Shown in pieces: positions 8,055 through 18,378 of a stretch of 64,000 nt of DNA (its first letter is position 1; each line of letters opens with the position of its first letter). The notes below the pieces were generated by a model, which was given only the letters and a program-made list of their open reading frames with translations, did not search any database and had not been told where the DNA came from. The position numbers and the translations under genes were made by a program. Source of the stretch: Candidatus Pelagibacter sp. (GTDB lineage Bacteria > Pseudomonadota > Alphaproteobacteria > Pelagibacterales > Pelagibacteraceae); contig NZ_JBNGZM010000001.1 of NCBI RefSeq assembly GCF_052049675.1, forward strand, positions 348,242-412,241, given 5' to 3'.

Positions 8055-9784
8055 ATATTTTTGAATTATATCTAGATAAAATTAAATCTATTATTGTTGA
8101 GCTTAGTAAAAAAAATCAACTTATCGTTCCAGAAAGCTTCAATGGTATTAATGCGGAAATACCACCTCCAAAATTTGATTGTGATATTTCAACTAATGTT
8201 GCAATGGTTTTATCCAAACTAAATAAAACCTTACCAATAGAATTAGCAGAAAAACTTGCACCTGAAATAAAAAATAAAGATGATCAAATAGACAATATAT
8301 CCGTTGTCAAACCTGGTTTCATAAACATTAAATTTAAGCCATCTTTTTGGTCAAACTTTATTAAAGAAATTATTAGTAACGCTGAAAAATTTGGAATTAA
8401 TGAGAAAGAGAAAAAAAATAATTACTTAGTAGAATTCGTATCTGCTAATCCAACAGGACCTTTGCATGTTGGTCACTGTAGAGGAGCTATTTTAGGTGAT
8501 GTCATATCTAATGTGTTAATATTTAACAAGCACAAGGTTACAAAAGAGTATTATGTAAATGATTATGGTAATCAAATTATAAATTTTACAAAATCTGTAT
8601 ACTTTAGAATTAGAGAATTAAAGTTTAACGAAACTTTTCCTCAAAATAATCCTGATTTGTATCCAGGAGATTATCTAATTGATTTTGCGAAAAATATAGT
8701 TTCAGATAATTCAGAGTTAAATTTTGATAATTATGATGAAATTGATGATAAGCTTACAGTTTTATCTGTAGAACAGGCTCTACTTTTAATTAAAAAGAAC
8801 CTTAAGAGTTTAGGAATTAACCATGATAATTTTGTTAGTGAAAAAAGCATTGTTTTAAACAATGAAGTAGAGAGTGTAATAAAATTTTTAGAAAAGAATA
8901 AATTTGTATACAAAGGGAAAATCAAAGCTCCAGCTGGAGAAGACGATAAAAACTGGGTAGAAAGAGAACAGTTACTTTTTAAATCTACTGATTTTGGTGA
9001 CGACAAAGATAGAGCATTACAAAAATCAGATGGAAGTTGGACTTATTTTGCAAGTGATGTTGCGTATCATAAAAATAAAGTAGATCGTAAATTTGATTAT
9101 TTAATAAATATTCTTGGTGCAGATCATGCTGGTTACATTAAAAGAATTTCATCATCAGTTGAAGCTTTATCAGGAAAAGAAGATAAATTGATCTGCAAAA
9201 TTAGTCAGCTTGTAAAATTAATTAAAGATAACCAACCATTTAAGATGTCTAAAAGAAAAGGTGACTACATTACAGTTGATGATTTAATTGATGAAGTTGG
9301 AAAAGATGCAACTAGATTCATTATGCTTAACAGAAGTAGTGATGTGGAATTAGATTTTGATTTTGATGCTGTAAAAGAAAAATCTAAAGATAATCCGTTA
9401 TATTATGTTCAATATTGTTATGCTAGAATTTCATCTGTCTTTAGACATATTGATAAAGATATAAATTCCAACATTGAATTAGATGATTTTAGTTTTGAAT
9501 ACTCAAATGATGAGATCAAAATTTTAAAAAAGATTTCAGAATGGCCCAAATGCATTGATGCAGCTAGTTCAAAATTAGAGCCACATAGAATACCTGTTTA
9601 TTTATATGATCTTGCCTCAGAATTTCACTCCTATTGGAACCTTGGCAAACAAAACCCAGAAAAAAGATTTATTAATGATCAAAAAACAGTTTCACCAGAT
9701 AAACTAATTTTTTTAAAAGCGATATCTAACGTTGTAAAATTAGGAATGGATATAGTTGGCGTTGATACACCACATAAAATGTAA
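8051..9784 (+). CDS. argS: Arginine--tRNA ligase
   Basis: SANPTGPLHVGHCRG (HIGH), MSKRKG (KMSK), DALR anticodon-binding C-terminus; 577 aa. Confidence 0.95.
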   Translation: MNIFELYLDKIKSIIVELSKKNQLIVPESFNGINAEIPPPKFDCDISTNVAMVLSKLNKTLPIELAEKLAPEIKNKDDQIDNISVVKPGFINIKFKPSFWSNFIKEIISNAEKFGINEKEKKNNYLVEFVSANPTGPLHVGHCRGAILGDVISNVLIFNKHKVTKEYYVNDYGNQIINFTKSVYFRIRELKFNETFPQNNPDLYPGDYLIDFAKNIVSDNSELNFDNYDEIDDKLTVLSVEQALLLIKKNLKSLGINHDNFVSEKSIVLNNEVESVIKFLEKNKFVYKGKIKAPAGEDDKNWVEREQLLFKSTDFGDDKDRALQKSDGSWTYFASDVAYHKNKVDRKFDYLINILGADHAGYIKRISSSVEALSGKEDKLICKISQLVKLIKDNQPFKMSKRKGDYITVDDLIDEVGKDATRFIMLNRSSDVELDFDFDAVKEKSKDNPLYYVQYCYARISSVFRHIDKDINSNIELDDFSFEYSNDEIKILKKISEWPKCIDAASSKLEPHRIPVYLYDLASEFHSYWNLGKQNPEKRFINDQKTVSPDKLIFLKAISNVVKLGMDIVGVDTPHKM

Positions 9785-10044
9785 TGCTAAAAGAAATTAA
9801 GTATTTAATCTTTATTGTTGTAATTGCTTCATTTATTTTTTTAACAGGAAGATATTATTTTTCAGATGAAAATAAGAAAAAATCATACAGATCTCATAAA
9901 AATAACGATGAAAAAATTAAATTATATTCAAAAAATTTACCTGTTTTGGAAAACGACACACAAAATGTAATAGAATACGTTAAGCAAACAAACAAAAAAA
10001 AGAAAAAAAAGTTTAATTTCTGGAAACTTTTAGAGAATGATTAA
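9784..10044 (+). CDS. Small Lys-rich membrane-anchored hypothetical protein
   Basis: One N-terminal TM helix followed by a charged tail. Tightly packed between argS and nagZ (overlaps on both sides). Confidence 0.5.
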   Translation: MLKEIKYLIFIVVIASFIFLTGRYYFSDENKKKSYRSHKNNDEKIKLYSKNLPVLENDTQNVIEYVKQTNKKKKKKFNFWKLLEND

Positions 10045-10987
10045 GAATAGAAGAGCCTTCATTGTTGGTTTAAAATCATCAACATTATCAAACAAAGAAA
10101 TAATTTTTTTGAAAAAATATAGACCGTGGGGTATTATTTTATTTTCAAGAAACATAAGTTCGATTGAACAAGCTAAAAAATTAACTGATAAAATAAAAAA
10201 GATATTTAAAGATAAAAAATACCCAATTTTAATTGATCAAGAAGGTGGACGAGTAAATCGATTAAGTAAAATTATTGCATTTGATAATTTGACTTCTGAA
10301 TATTTTGGTAATTTATTCACAAAAGATAAAAAAAAATTTAATATTATTTATAAATTATTTGTCGATAAAACTTCGTATTTGCTTAAATCAATTGGAGTTA
10401 ATATAAACACAGTTCCTGTTTTAGATATCCGAGTTAAAGGAGCTAGCAACATTATTGGTGATAGGTCTTTTTCAAAATATAAAAGAAAAATCTCTAAAAT
10501 TGGAGATATTTGTATTGATTATTTTCATGAAAATTCTATTGGAACCGTGATTAAACATATACCAGGGCATGGATTAGCTAAGGTAGATAGTCATAAATTT
10601 ACTCCTGTTGTTACAAAAAACTTGAATTATTTGAATAAAAATGATTTTTTTCCATTCAAGAAAAAACAAAGCTATTTTGCTATGACAGCGCATGTAATTT
10701 ATCGAAGTATCGATAAGTTAAATACAGCTACACATTCTAAAAAAATTATAAATTTAATTAGAAATAAAATTGGCTTTAAAAATATTTTAATTTCAGATGA
10801 TTTATCAATGAAAAGTTTAAAAGATAATTTAAAAACTAATACGATTAAAACATTTAGCGCAGGTTGTAATCTTGCTCTTCATTGCAATGGCAAATTGTCT
10901 GAAATGAAGGTAGTTGGTGATAATTCACCAAAGGTAAGTAATTTTATTATAAAAAAAACATCGTTATTTTATAAAATTTTAAGTTAA
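10037..10987 (+). CDS. nagZ: Beta-N-acetylhexosaminidase NagZ (GH3)
   Basis: LIDQEGGRVNRL, IGDRSF, KHIPGHG motifs of GH3 NagZ. Confidence 0.85.
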   Translation: MIKNRRAFIVGLKSSTLSNKEIIFLKKYRPWGIILFSRNISSIEQAKKLTDKIKKIFKDKKYPILIDQEGGRVNRLSKIIAFDNLTSEYFGNLFTKDKKKFNIIYKLFVDKTSYLLKSIGVNINTVPVLDIRVKGASNIIGDRSFSKYKRKISKIGDICIDYFHENSIGTVIKHIPGHGLAKVDSHKFTPVVTKNLNYLNKNDFFPFKKKQSYFAMTAHVIYRSIDKLNTATHSKKIINLIRNKIGFKNILISDDLSMKSLKDNLKTNTIKTFSAGCNLALHCNGKLSEMKVVGDNSPKVSNFIIKKTSLFYKILS

Positions 10988-10996
10988 TATCTGAGC

Positions 10997-11740
10997 ATGA
11001 CTATTTCTGATTCTGCATTATTTAATGTTGATATAAATAACTATAATGGCCCTCTAGATGTACTTTTAGATTTAGCTAAAGCTCAAAAGGTAGATCTTGA
11101 AGAGATATCAATTACAAAGTTAGCTGATCAATTTCACGATTATATTACAAAAGAAAAAGATTTAAATTTAGAAATTGCTTCTGAATATTTATTGATGGCT
11201 ACTTGGTTAGCATATTTAAAATCTAAATTGTTACTCCCAGGAACACCAGAGGAAGAATTTAAAGTTCAAGAAGTCGCTGAAAAATTAAAATTACAACTCA
11301 AAAAATTAGAGTTAATTAGATTGCTTTCAGAACAAATGCTCAAAAGAAAAAGACTAGGAAGAGAAATTCGATCAAGAGGAATGAAGGGAAATATAAGATC
11401 TATTTATAGTAATGAGTATAATTTAAGTTTATTTGAACTTCTTAAGTCATATTCAACAATTATTATGACGAAGGATTTTCAAAAAATTAATATTCCAAAA
11501 CTACCTGTATTTACTGCTGAGGATGGTATTAAAACAATAAGAGAATTTTTTGGTAAATTGATTGATTGGAAAAAATTAGATGATTTAATTCCTAAAAATT
11601 TTAAAAGTGGTTCAAAATATAAACGTACTGGAAAAGCAGGAATATTTGCTGGCTCTTTAGAATTGGTTAAAGAGGGAAATCTAACCATGAAACAGGATAA
11701 GTTGTTTGATGATATTTATGTGAAGGAAAATAATGATTAA
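10997..11740 (+). CDS. scpA: Segregation and condensation protein A
   Basis: GPLDVLLDLAKAQKVDLEEISITKLADQF N-terminus typical of ScpA; followed by scpB. Confidence 0.85.
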   Translation: MTISDSALFNVDINNYNGPLDVLLDLAKAQKVDLEEISITKLADQFHDYITKEKDLNLEIASEYLLMATWLAYLKSKLLLPGTPEEEFKVQEVAEKLKLQLKKLELIRLLSEQMLKRKRLGREIRSRGMKGNIRSIYSNEYNLSLFELLKSYSTIIMTKDFQKINIPKLPVFTAEDGIKTIREFFGKLIDWKKLDDLIPKNFKSGSKYKRTGKAGIFAGSLELVKEGNLTMKQDKLFDDIYVKENND

Positions 11741-12434
11741 AAAAGAAAAAATTACAAAAGATAATATTGTAAAATTTCCATCTAAGTTATCTGATTTAGA
11801 AAAAGAAATTGAAGCAGTTATTTTTGCTGCTGCTGAACCATTAGATGTTGATACAATTGAAAATAAAGTTACTAAAAAAGGTAACATCTCTAAATCATTA
11901 GAAAAATTGCAGCAAGAATACTCTATACGTGGAATTAATCTAGTCTGCATAAAAGAAAAGTGGTCCTTCAGAACTTCTCCTAACTTGTCAAACATCATGT
12001 CACAAGAAAGAACAGTTGAAAAAAAACTTTCTAGAGCTGCAGTGGAGACTTTGGCTATAATTGTATATCATCAGCCTGTTACTAGAGCAGAGATTGAAGA
12101 AATAAGAGGTGTTGCCTTTGGTACAAATACTCTTGAAATATTGATGGAGCTTAATTGGGTGAAGCCAGGTGGTCGTAAAGATGTACCAGGTAAGCCAATT
12201 CAGTATGTTACAACTGATGAATTTTTAAGTCATTTTAATCTCCAAAAATTGTCTGATTTACCAACAATTGATGAATTAGGTGCAGCTGGTTTAATTGATA
12301 GTTCTAGCATTGATAATGCAATTTTTGGAACAGGAAAATTCTACAAAGAAAAACAAGAAGAAAAAAAAGAGGATATTTATTCTAATATTGATGAGATGTT
12401 AAATAGTACTCTTGATGCAGAAGAGAAAGATTAA
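11733..12434 (+). CDS. scpB: Segregation and condensation protein B
   Basis: IEAVIFAAAEPL, LSRAAVETLAIIVYHQPVTRAEIEEIRGV winged-helix motifs. Confidence 0.85.
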   Translation: MIKKEKITKDNIVKFPSKLSDLEKEIEAVIFAAAEPLDVDTIENKVTKKGNISKSLEKLQQEYSIRGINLVCIKEKWSFRTSPNLSNIMSQERTVEKKLSRAAVETLAIIVYHQPVTRAEIEEIRGVAFGTNTLEILMELNWVKPGGRKDVPGKPIQYVTTDEFLSHFNLQKLSDLPTIDELGAAGLIDSSSIDNAIFGTGKFYKEKQEEKKEDIYSNIDEMLNSTLDAEEKD

Positions 12435-12481
12435 CAAAAAAGTAACTTTTAAATTAATCATAAAAAGGTTATAAGTTTTTT

Positions 12482-12682
12482 ATGAGCATAGGAATTTGGC
12501 AAATAGCAATAGTAGTTATATTAGTAGTCTTATTATTTGGACGAGGTAAAATTTCTAGTCTGATGGGTGATGTAGCTAAAGGAATTAAAAGTTTTAAAAA
12601 AGGAATGGCGTCAGACGTTACTGACGATACAGAGCCAAAAAATATTTCCGACGAAAATAAAGACTCAGAAAACAAAGATTAA
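12482..12682 (+). CDS. tatA: Twin-arginine translocase subunit TatA
   Basis: [24 protein letters not shown]... TatA/E signature. Confidence 0.9.
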   Translation: MSIGIWQIAIVVILVVLLFGRGKISSLMGDVAKGIKSFKKGMASDVTDDTEPKNISDENKDSENKD

Positions 12683-12687
12683 ATCAC

Positions 12688-12909
12688 ATGCCTACTATTG
12701 GTTGGTTTGAGATATTAATTGTTGTTGGTATTGCAATTGTTGTTCTTGGACCAAAAGATTTTCCAATCATGTTAAAGAAAGCTGGTTCTTGGATAGGAAC
12801 TGTTAAAAGATATGTAAGCAACATTCAAAATGAAGTTTCAAATTTAGAAATAGATGAAGAAAAAATTGATAAAGAAATAAATAAAGAAACAAAAAACGAT
12901 GAGCAATGA
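12688..12909 (+). CDS. tatB: Twin-arginine translocase subunit TatB
   Basis: GWFEILIVVGIAIVVLGPKDFP; lies between tatA and tatC. Confidence 0.8.
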   Translation: MPTIGWFEILIVVGIAIVVLGPKDFPIMLKKAGSWIGTVKRYVSNIQNEVSNLEIDEEKIDKEINKETKNDEQ

Positions 12910-13669
12910 AGAAAATGAAGGTGGATTTGTTAGCCATCTAACAGAACTAAGAAAAAGATTAATACATAGTTTTATATTTCTAATAATCTTTTTTGTTATT
13001 TGTTATATATTTGCAGAACACATTTACGGTTTTTTAGTTGATCCATTTGCTCAAGCTGTAAAAGATGATGGGTCTGACAGAAGACTTATTTTTACAGCCT
13101 TACAAGAAACTTTTTTAACTTATATTAAGGTATCATTTTTCACTGCTTTTTTTGTAACCTGTCCATTTATTCTTATGCAAATATGGAAATTTATTGCGCC
13201 GGGATTATATAAACATGAAAAAGTTGCCATACTTCCATATCTTGTACTAACACCAATCCTTTTCTTTTTGGGAGGTATGCTTGTTTACTATTTGATAATG
13301 CCCCTAGCTATTAAATTTTTTTTATCATTTGAAAGCACAGGTATGTCTACAAGTTTACCAATTCAATTAGAAGCCAAAGTGAATGAATACTTGTCACTTG
13401 TTATGAAGTTAATTTTTGCATTTGGAATAAGTTTTCAACTCCCAATAGTTTTAAGTTTATTAGCAAGAATAGGTGTTGTTGACAGTAAATTTCTAAAAGA
13501 AAGAAGAAAGTATGTGGTAGTAATTATATTTGCTGCTGCTGCATTACTTACACCACCAGATCCAATTACTCAAATAGGTTTAGCCATTCCTTTATTAATT
13601 TTATATGAATTATCAATATTTTCAGTAAAATTTATAGAAAACAAAAATTTAGAAAAGACTGATGCATAA
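12899..13669 (+). CDS. tatC: Twin-arginine translocase subunit TatC
   Basis: HLTELRKRLI start, six TM helices, LLTPPDPITQ motif. Confidence 0.9.
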   Translation: MSNEENEGGFVSHLTELRKRLIHSFIFLIIFFVICYIFAEHIYGFLVDPFAQAVKDDGSDRRLIFTALQETFLTYIKVSFFTAFFVTCPFILMQIWKFIAPGLYKHEKVAILPYLVLTPILFFLGGMLVYYLIMPLAIKFFLSFESTGMSTSLPIQLEAKVNEYLSLVMKLIFAFGISFQLPIVLSLLARIGVVDSKFLKERRKYVVVIIFAAAALLTPPDPITQIGLAIPLLILYELSIFSVKFIENKNLEKTDA

Positions 13670-14921
13670 TTTAAAAGAAATCAGAAAAGATTTTTCAAAA
13701 TTTGAAAAAGATCTCAAAAAACGTTCAGTTAAAATTGATTTTAATAATTTAAAAAAGCTTGATGAGTTAAATAGAGATTTAATTCAAAAGAAAGAAAATT
13801 TAGAAAAAGAAAAAAAGGATATTTCAAAATCTAAAGATGAAAGTTTATTCAAAAAATCTAAAGAAATATCTGCAGAATTAGAAAAGATTACAGAGCAGCA
13901 AAAAAATACTAAAACTGAATTAGATAATATTTTATCAAGTATACCAAATATACCTCATCAAGACGTTCCAAATGGCAAAGATGAAAATGATAATGTAGAA
14001 GTTTTAAAATCTGGAAAAGTGCCTGAGTTTGATTTTAAACCCAAATCTCATTACGAACTTGGAGAAAATTTAGGCATGCTTGATTTTGATCTTGCAACTA
14101 AAACGACAGGATCAAGATTTGTTTTTGTTAAACAAGAGTTAGCATTACTAGAACGAGCTTTATCAAACTTTATGCTAGACACTCATATTGTTCAAAATGA
14201 ATATCAAGAGATTTCACCTCCATTGATTGCTTCTGATAATACAATGTATGGAACAGGTCAATTACCAAAATTTGAAAATGATCAATTTGAAATAAAATTT
14301 GATGAAGGATCTGATAGAAAATTTTTAATTCCAACTGCAGAAGTAATTTTAACAAACATTGTTAAAGATAAAATTGTTGATCAAAAAGATTTACCTATGA
14401 GATTTGTTGCTTCAACACCGTGTTTTAGAAAAGAAGCTGGTAGTTATGGAAAAGATACCAAAGGAATGATTAGACAACATCAATTTTATAAAGTTGAGAT
14501 GGTTAGTATTGTTGAAAAAGAAAATTGTCTTGAAGAATTAGAGCGAATGACAAACTGTGCAACAGATATTCTGGATAAGTTAGAGTTACCTTATAGAAAA
14601 ATCATTTTATGCTCTGGGGATATGGGTTTCAGTGCAGAAAAAACATATGATATTGAGGTGTGGTTGCCATCAGAAAACAAGTATCGTGAAATATCATCAT
14701 GCTCTTCTTGTTCTACATTCCAGGCACAAAGAATGAAATCAAGATATAAAAATAAAAACAAAGAAACTGTTTTTGTTGGAACATTAAATGGAAGTGGTTT
14801 AGCAGTGGGTAGAACATTAATTGCTTTACTAGAAAACTATCAATTAAAGGATGGTTCGATTGTTGTTCCTAAGGTACTGCGACCGTATATGAATAATTTA
14901 GAATTGATTTCGGCTAAATAA
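13662..14921 (+). CDS. serS: Serine--tRNA ligase
   Basis: N-terminal coiled coil; class II motifs (FRKEAGSYGKDTKGMIRQHQF, GSGLAVGRTLIALLENYQ). Confidence 0.95.
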   Translation: MHNLKEIRKDFSKFEKDLKKRSVKIDFNNLKKLDELNRDLIQKKENLEKEKKDISKSKDESLFKKSKEISAELEKITEQQKNTKTELDNILSSIPNIPHQDVPNGKDENDNVEVLKSGKVPEFDFKPKSHYELGENLGMLDFDLATKTTGSRFVFVKQELALLERALSNFMLDTHIVQNEYQEISPPLIASDNTMYGTGQLPKFENDQFEIKFDEGSDRKFLIPTAEVILTNIVKDKIVDQKDLPMRFVASTPCFRKEAGSYGKDTKGMIRQHQFYKVEMVSIVEKENCLEELERMTNCATDILDKLELPYRKIILCSGDMGFSAEKTYDIEVWLPSENKYREISSCSSCSTFQAQRMKSRYKNKNKETVFVGTLNGSGLAVGRTLIALLENYQLKDGSIVVPKVLRPYMNNLELISAK

Positions 14922-14976
14922 AGTTGTTTTAATTATATAGATAGTATAAGTATTCACATAATTTATAAGGAGATTT

Positions 14977-15270
14977 ATGGAAGGTTCAGGAATAGGACAA
15001 TTTATACCGTTAATTTTAATATTTGTTATTTTTTATTTTTTCTTAATCAGACCACAGCAAAAAAAAGTAAAAGAGCACAAAGCAATGGTTGAAAGTCTTA
15101 AAAGAGGTGACAGGGTTGTTACTTCTGGCGGAATTACAGGTACTGTCGAGAGACTTATAGACAACGATAAAGTTGAAGTAGAAATTGCTGAAAACGTGAA
15201 GGTTGAAATAGTTAAATCAACTGGTATTCAAAGTCTTGTTAATACAAATACTCAAGAAGTTAAAAAATAA
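14977..15270 (+). CDS. yajC: Preprotein translocase subunit YajC
   Basis: FFLIRPQQKKVKEHKAMVESLKRGDRVVTSGGITGTV; AAGGAG SD upstream. Confidence 0.9.
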   Translation: MEGSGIGQFIPLILIFVIFYFFLIRPQQKKVKEHKAMVESLKRGDRVVTSGGITGTVERLIDNDKVEVEIAENVKVEIVKSTGIQSLVNTNTQEVKK

Positions 15271-15281
15271 TTATTTTTTAA

Positions 15282-16835
15282 GTGCTTTATTTTTCTAAGT
15301 TAAGAATTTTATTTATAACTCTTTTTTCAGTTTTATTTATTTTAATTGCTTCATCAAATCTTTTTAAATTTGATGATAATTTTTTTGATAAAAAAATTAA
15401 TCTAGGATTAGACCTTCAGGGTGGATCATATTTATTACTTGAAATTGATAATGAACCTGTAATTGAACAAAAATTACAAAACTTAACAACAACTATCAGA
15501 AATTACTTCAAAGAAAAAAACATTAAAATCAACAATATAAAAATAGATAATCGGAATATTTTTTTTAATGTAACAGATAATGATAAGCAATCTGTCTTAG
15601 ATGTTTTTAAGGACGAAAATAGTGATTTAAACCCTTATTACCCAAGATTTAAATCACATCAGTTAGAAATTGAAGATATAGGGTTAAATTTAAAAGTTAA
15701 TTTTTCAAGACAAGGTTTAATTAAACTTAAAACATCTTCTCAAGATCAAGCTATAGAAATAGTTAGAAGGAGAGTAGATGAGGTTGGAACCAATGAGCCA
15801 AACATACTTAAAAGAGGAAACAACCGAATTTTAGTAGAGCTACCTGGATTAGATGATCCAATGAGAATAAAATCATTACTTGGTAAAACTGCAAATCTTA
15901 CTTTTAGATTTGTAACCAATGACGAAAATGATCGATTTGGTGTTGAAAAGTTAAAATTTGAAAATGGTCTAGAGGAAGCTACAGTTAGTAAAAGAATTAT
16001 AATAAGTGGTGAAAACTTACTTGATGCTCAACCAAAAATGGACACTCAAGCTAATCAAACAATTGTTTCATTTACTTTAGATAGAGTAGGTGCAAAAAGG
16101 TTTGGTAAGGCAACATCAGCTGGTATTGGAAAACAATTAGCCATTGTTTTAGATGGTAAAATTATTAGTGCACCAGTTGTAAGAGAGACTATAGCCAGTG
16201 GATCAGGTCAAATAAGTGGAGGTTTTACTTTTCAAACTGCAACTGACCTAGCTTTATTATTAAGATCAGGAGCACTACCAGCACCATTAGAAATAATTGA
16301 AGAAAGAACAGTCGGACCTGATCTTGGACAAGATTCAATTAATGCAGGTATGATTGCCTTAGCAATAGGTTTTATGTTGGTAATAATTTTTATGTTCGTA
16401 AAATATAAAATTTTTGGGTTAATTACCAATGTAACACTAATAGTTAATTTGTTTATTCTTTTGGGTGTCTTAACTTTATTTGAAGCTACTTTAACGTTAC
16501 CTGGTATTGCTGGGATTATTCTAACTGTAGGTATGGCAGTTGACGCAAATGTTTTAATTTTTGAGAGAATTAAAGAGGAACTAAAAGATGAGACTAATAA
16601 TATTTTGGCTTTTGATGGTGGTTATACTAAATCAAGAACAGCAATTTTAGATGCCAATATTACTACATTATTAGCTGCAATTATTTTATTTTTCATGGGC
16701 TCAGGTCCAGTCAAAGGTTTTGCCGTAACATTAGGAGTTGGAATATTTACAACATTATTTTCTGTTTATTTCATAGCAAGATTGTTCACTAGTATTTATG
16801 TATCTAGAAATAAAGATAAGGAAAAATTAATCTAA
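15282..16835 (+). CDS. secD: Protein translocase subunit SecD (GTG start)
   Basis: LGLDLQGG, periplasmic domain, C-terminal 6-TM with GIAGIILTVGMAVDANVLIFERIKEE. Confidence 0.9.
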   Translation: MLYFSKLRILFITLFSVLFILIASSNLFKFDDNFFDKKINLGLDLQGGSYLLLEIDNEPVIEQKLQNLTTTIRNYFKEKNIKINNIKIDNRNIFFNVTDNDKQSVLDVFKDENSDLNPYYPRFKSHQLEIEDIGLNLKVNFSRQGLIKLKTSSQDQAIEIVRRRVDEVGTNEPNILKRGNNRILVELPGLDDPMRIKSLLGKTANLTFRFVTNDENDRFGVEKLKFENGLEEATVSKRIIISGENLLDAQPKMDTQANQTIVSFTLDRVGAKRFGKATSAGIGKQLAIVLDGKIISAPVVRETIASGSGQISGGFTFQTATDLALLLRSGALPAPLEIIEERTVGPDLGQDSINAGMIALAIGFMLVIIFMFVKYKIFGLITNVTLIVNLFILLGVLTLFEATLTLPGIAGIILTVGMAVDANVLIFERIKEELKDETNNILAFDGGYTKSRTAILDANITTLLAAIILFFMGSGPVKGFAVTLGVGIFTTLFSVYFIARLFTSIYVSRNKDKEKLI

Positions 16836-17725
16836 TGATTGCTTTTAATAAATATTATAATCACTTTAATTTACTCTCATCAATTTTAATTGTTGCTTCA
16901 TTATTGTTGTTATTTTTTAAAGGACTTAATTTTGGTATAGATTTTAAAGGTGGTACTTTAATTGAATTAAGAGCTTCAGATTCTAAAATAAATGTAAGTT
17001 CATTAAGAGATCGATTTAATCAAATGGATTTAGGAGATGTTTCGGTAAAGAAATTCGGTAATAATACAGATTTTTTAGTTAAGTTTGAAAACAAAGATAA
17101 TAAAAAAAATATTATTGAAGACATTAAGGTTAATTTAGAAAAATCTTTCGGAAATAACTATGATTTTAGAAGGGTGGAGAATGTTGGACCAAAGGTAAGT
17201 GCTGAATTATTAAAATCTGGGGTAATAGCAATATCTTTGTCTTTAGCATTAATGTTAATTTATATTTGGATAAGATTTGAATGGCAATTTAGTTTGGGTG
17301 CTATTTTGGCTTTGTTCCATGATGTAATTGTAACTCTAGGAGTTTTTTCATTATTTAGTTTAGAAATTAATTTGTCAATTATAGCGGCAGTGTTAACAAT
17401 AGTTGGATATTCTATGAATGATACTGTGGTTATTTTTGACCGTGTACGTGAAAATTTAAGAAAGTATTCAGATATAAAAATTTTTGAATTAACAAATATT
17501 TCAATCAATGAAACATTATCAAGAACTATTATAACTTCTGCAACTACTTTACTTGCTTTATTAGCAATTTATTTTTTCGGTGGAGAAATATTAAAAGGAT
17601 TTTCATTAGCAATGATACTCGGTGTTGTTTTTGGAACTTATTCTTCCATTTATATAGCTAATACTGTTTTGGTTAGACTAAAAGTTTCGCAAAAAACTGT
17701 TCTTAGAGAAGATGATAAAAAATAA
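16835..17725 (+). CDS. secF: Protein translocase subunit SecF
   Basis: GIDFKGGT, HDVIVTLGVFSL, GYSMNDTVVIFDRVREN; TAATG overlap with secD. Confidence 0.9.
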   Translation: MIAFNKYYNHFNLLSSILIVASLLLLFFKGLNFGIDFKGGTLIELRASDSKINVSSLRDRFNQMDLGDVSVKKFGNNTDFLVKFENKDNKKNIIEDIKVNLEKSFGNNYDFRRVENVGPKVSAELLKSGVIAISLSLALMLIYIWIRFEWQFSLGAILALFHDVIVTLGVFSLFSLEINLSIIAAVLTIVGYSMNDTVVIFDRVRENLRKYSDIKIFELTNISINETLSRTIITSATTLLALLAIYFFGGEILKGFSLAMILGVVFGTYSSIYIANTVLVRLKVSQKTVLREDDKK

Positions 17726-17726
17726 T

Positions 17727-18329
17727 TTAGTATAAGTTTTGAGCTATTACCATTGTAAGTAGCATTGGTAATGATAATAAAGTATTAGTTCTTGAAAATA
17801 GCATCGCTGTTTTTGCTGATTTTGCTTTTGTATCAGGATCACTTTCAACAATTCCTAATGCTCTTTTTTGATTTGGCCAAATTACAAACCAAACATTAAA
17901 TGCCATTATAATTCCTAGCCACATTCCAATGCCTATTGCTGTATGTTTTGGAACACCTGAACCAATACTTAAAGTCATCGCATCATGAAGGTATCCATTT
18001 AGAAGAGCAAGAATTAAACCTGATATTACAGTAAATGCCGCTGCCCATCTAAAGTAAAATAACGCAGCTGGTGCTATTACTTTACCAATAGCTGGTTTTT
18101 GTTCATCTGGAATTTTTCCCATATTTGGAATTTGAACAAAATTAAAATACCAAAGTAATCCAATCCACATAATTGCAACAATTACATGTATGTATCTAAA
18201 CAACCAGCTCCAGAATAGTGTATCAAAAGCTATTCCATCATTTAAATAAAACAATCCTAAAAACAATAAAATAGCAATTGCTAGTGATGCATGAACAGTC
18301 TTTGATAATGATGATAATAAATTATTCAT
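17727..18329 (-). CDS. Conserved polytopic membrane protein of unknown function (from memory resembles the membrane domain of PuuD-type urate hydroxylases; uncertain)
   Basis: About five TM helices; HVIVAIMWIGLLWYFNFVQ and NVWFVIWPNQKR motifs. The coding call is solid but the function is not. Confidence 0.6.
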   Translation of the reverse strand: MNNLLSSLSKTVHASLAIAILLFLGLFYLNDGIAFDTLFWSWLFRYIHVIVAIMWIGLLWYFNFVQIPNMGKIPDEQKPAIGKVIAPAALFYFRWAAAFTVISGLILALLNGYLHDAMTLSIGSGVPKHTAIGIGMWLGIIMAFNVWFVIWPNQKRALGIVESDPDTKAKSAKTAMLFSRTNTLLSLPMLLTMVIAQNLY

Positions 18330-18378
18330 GATTCTTTTAATTATACACTAATTTTTGAATATTTTTAAGTTGTTAAAT

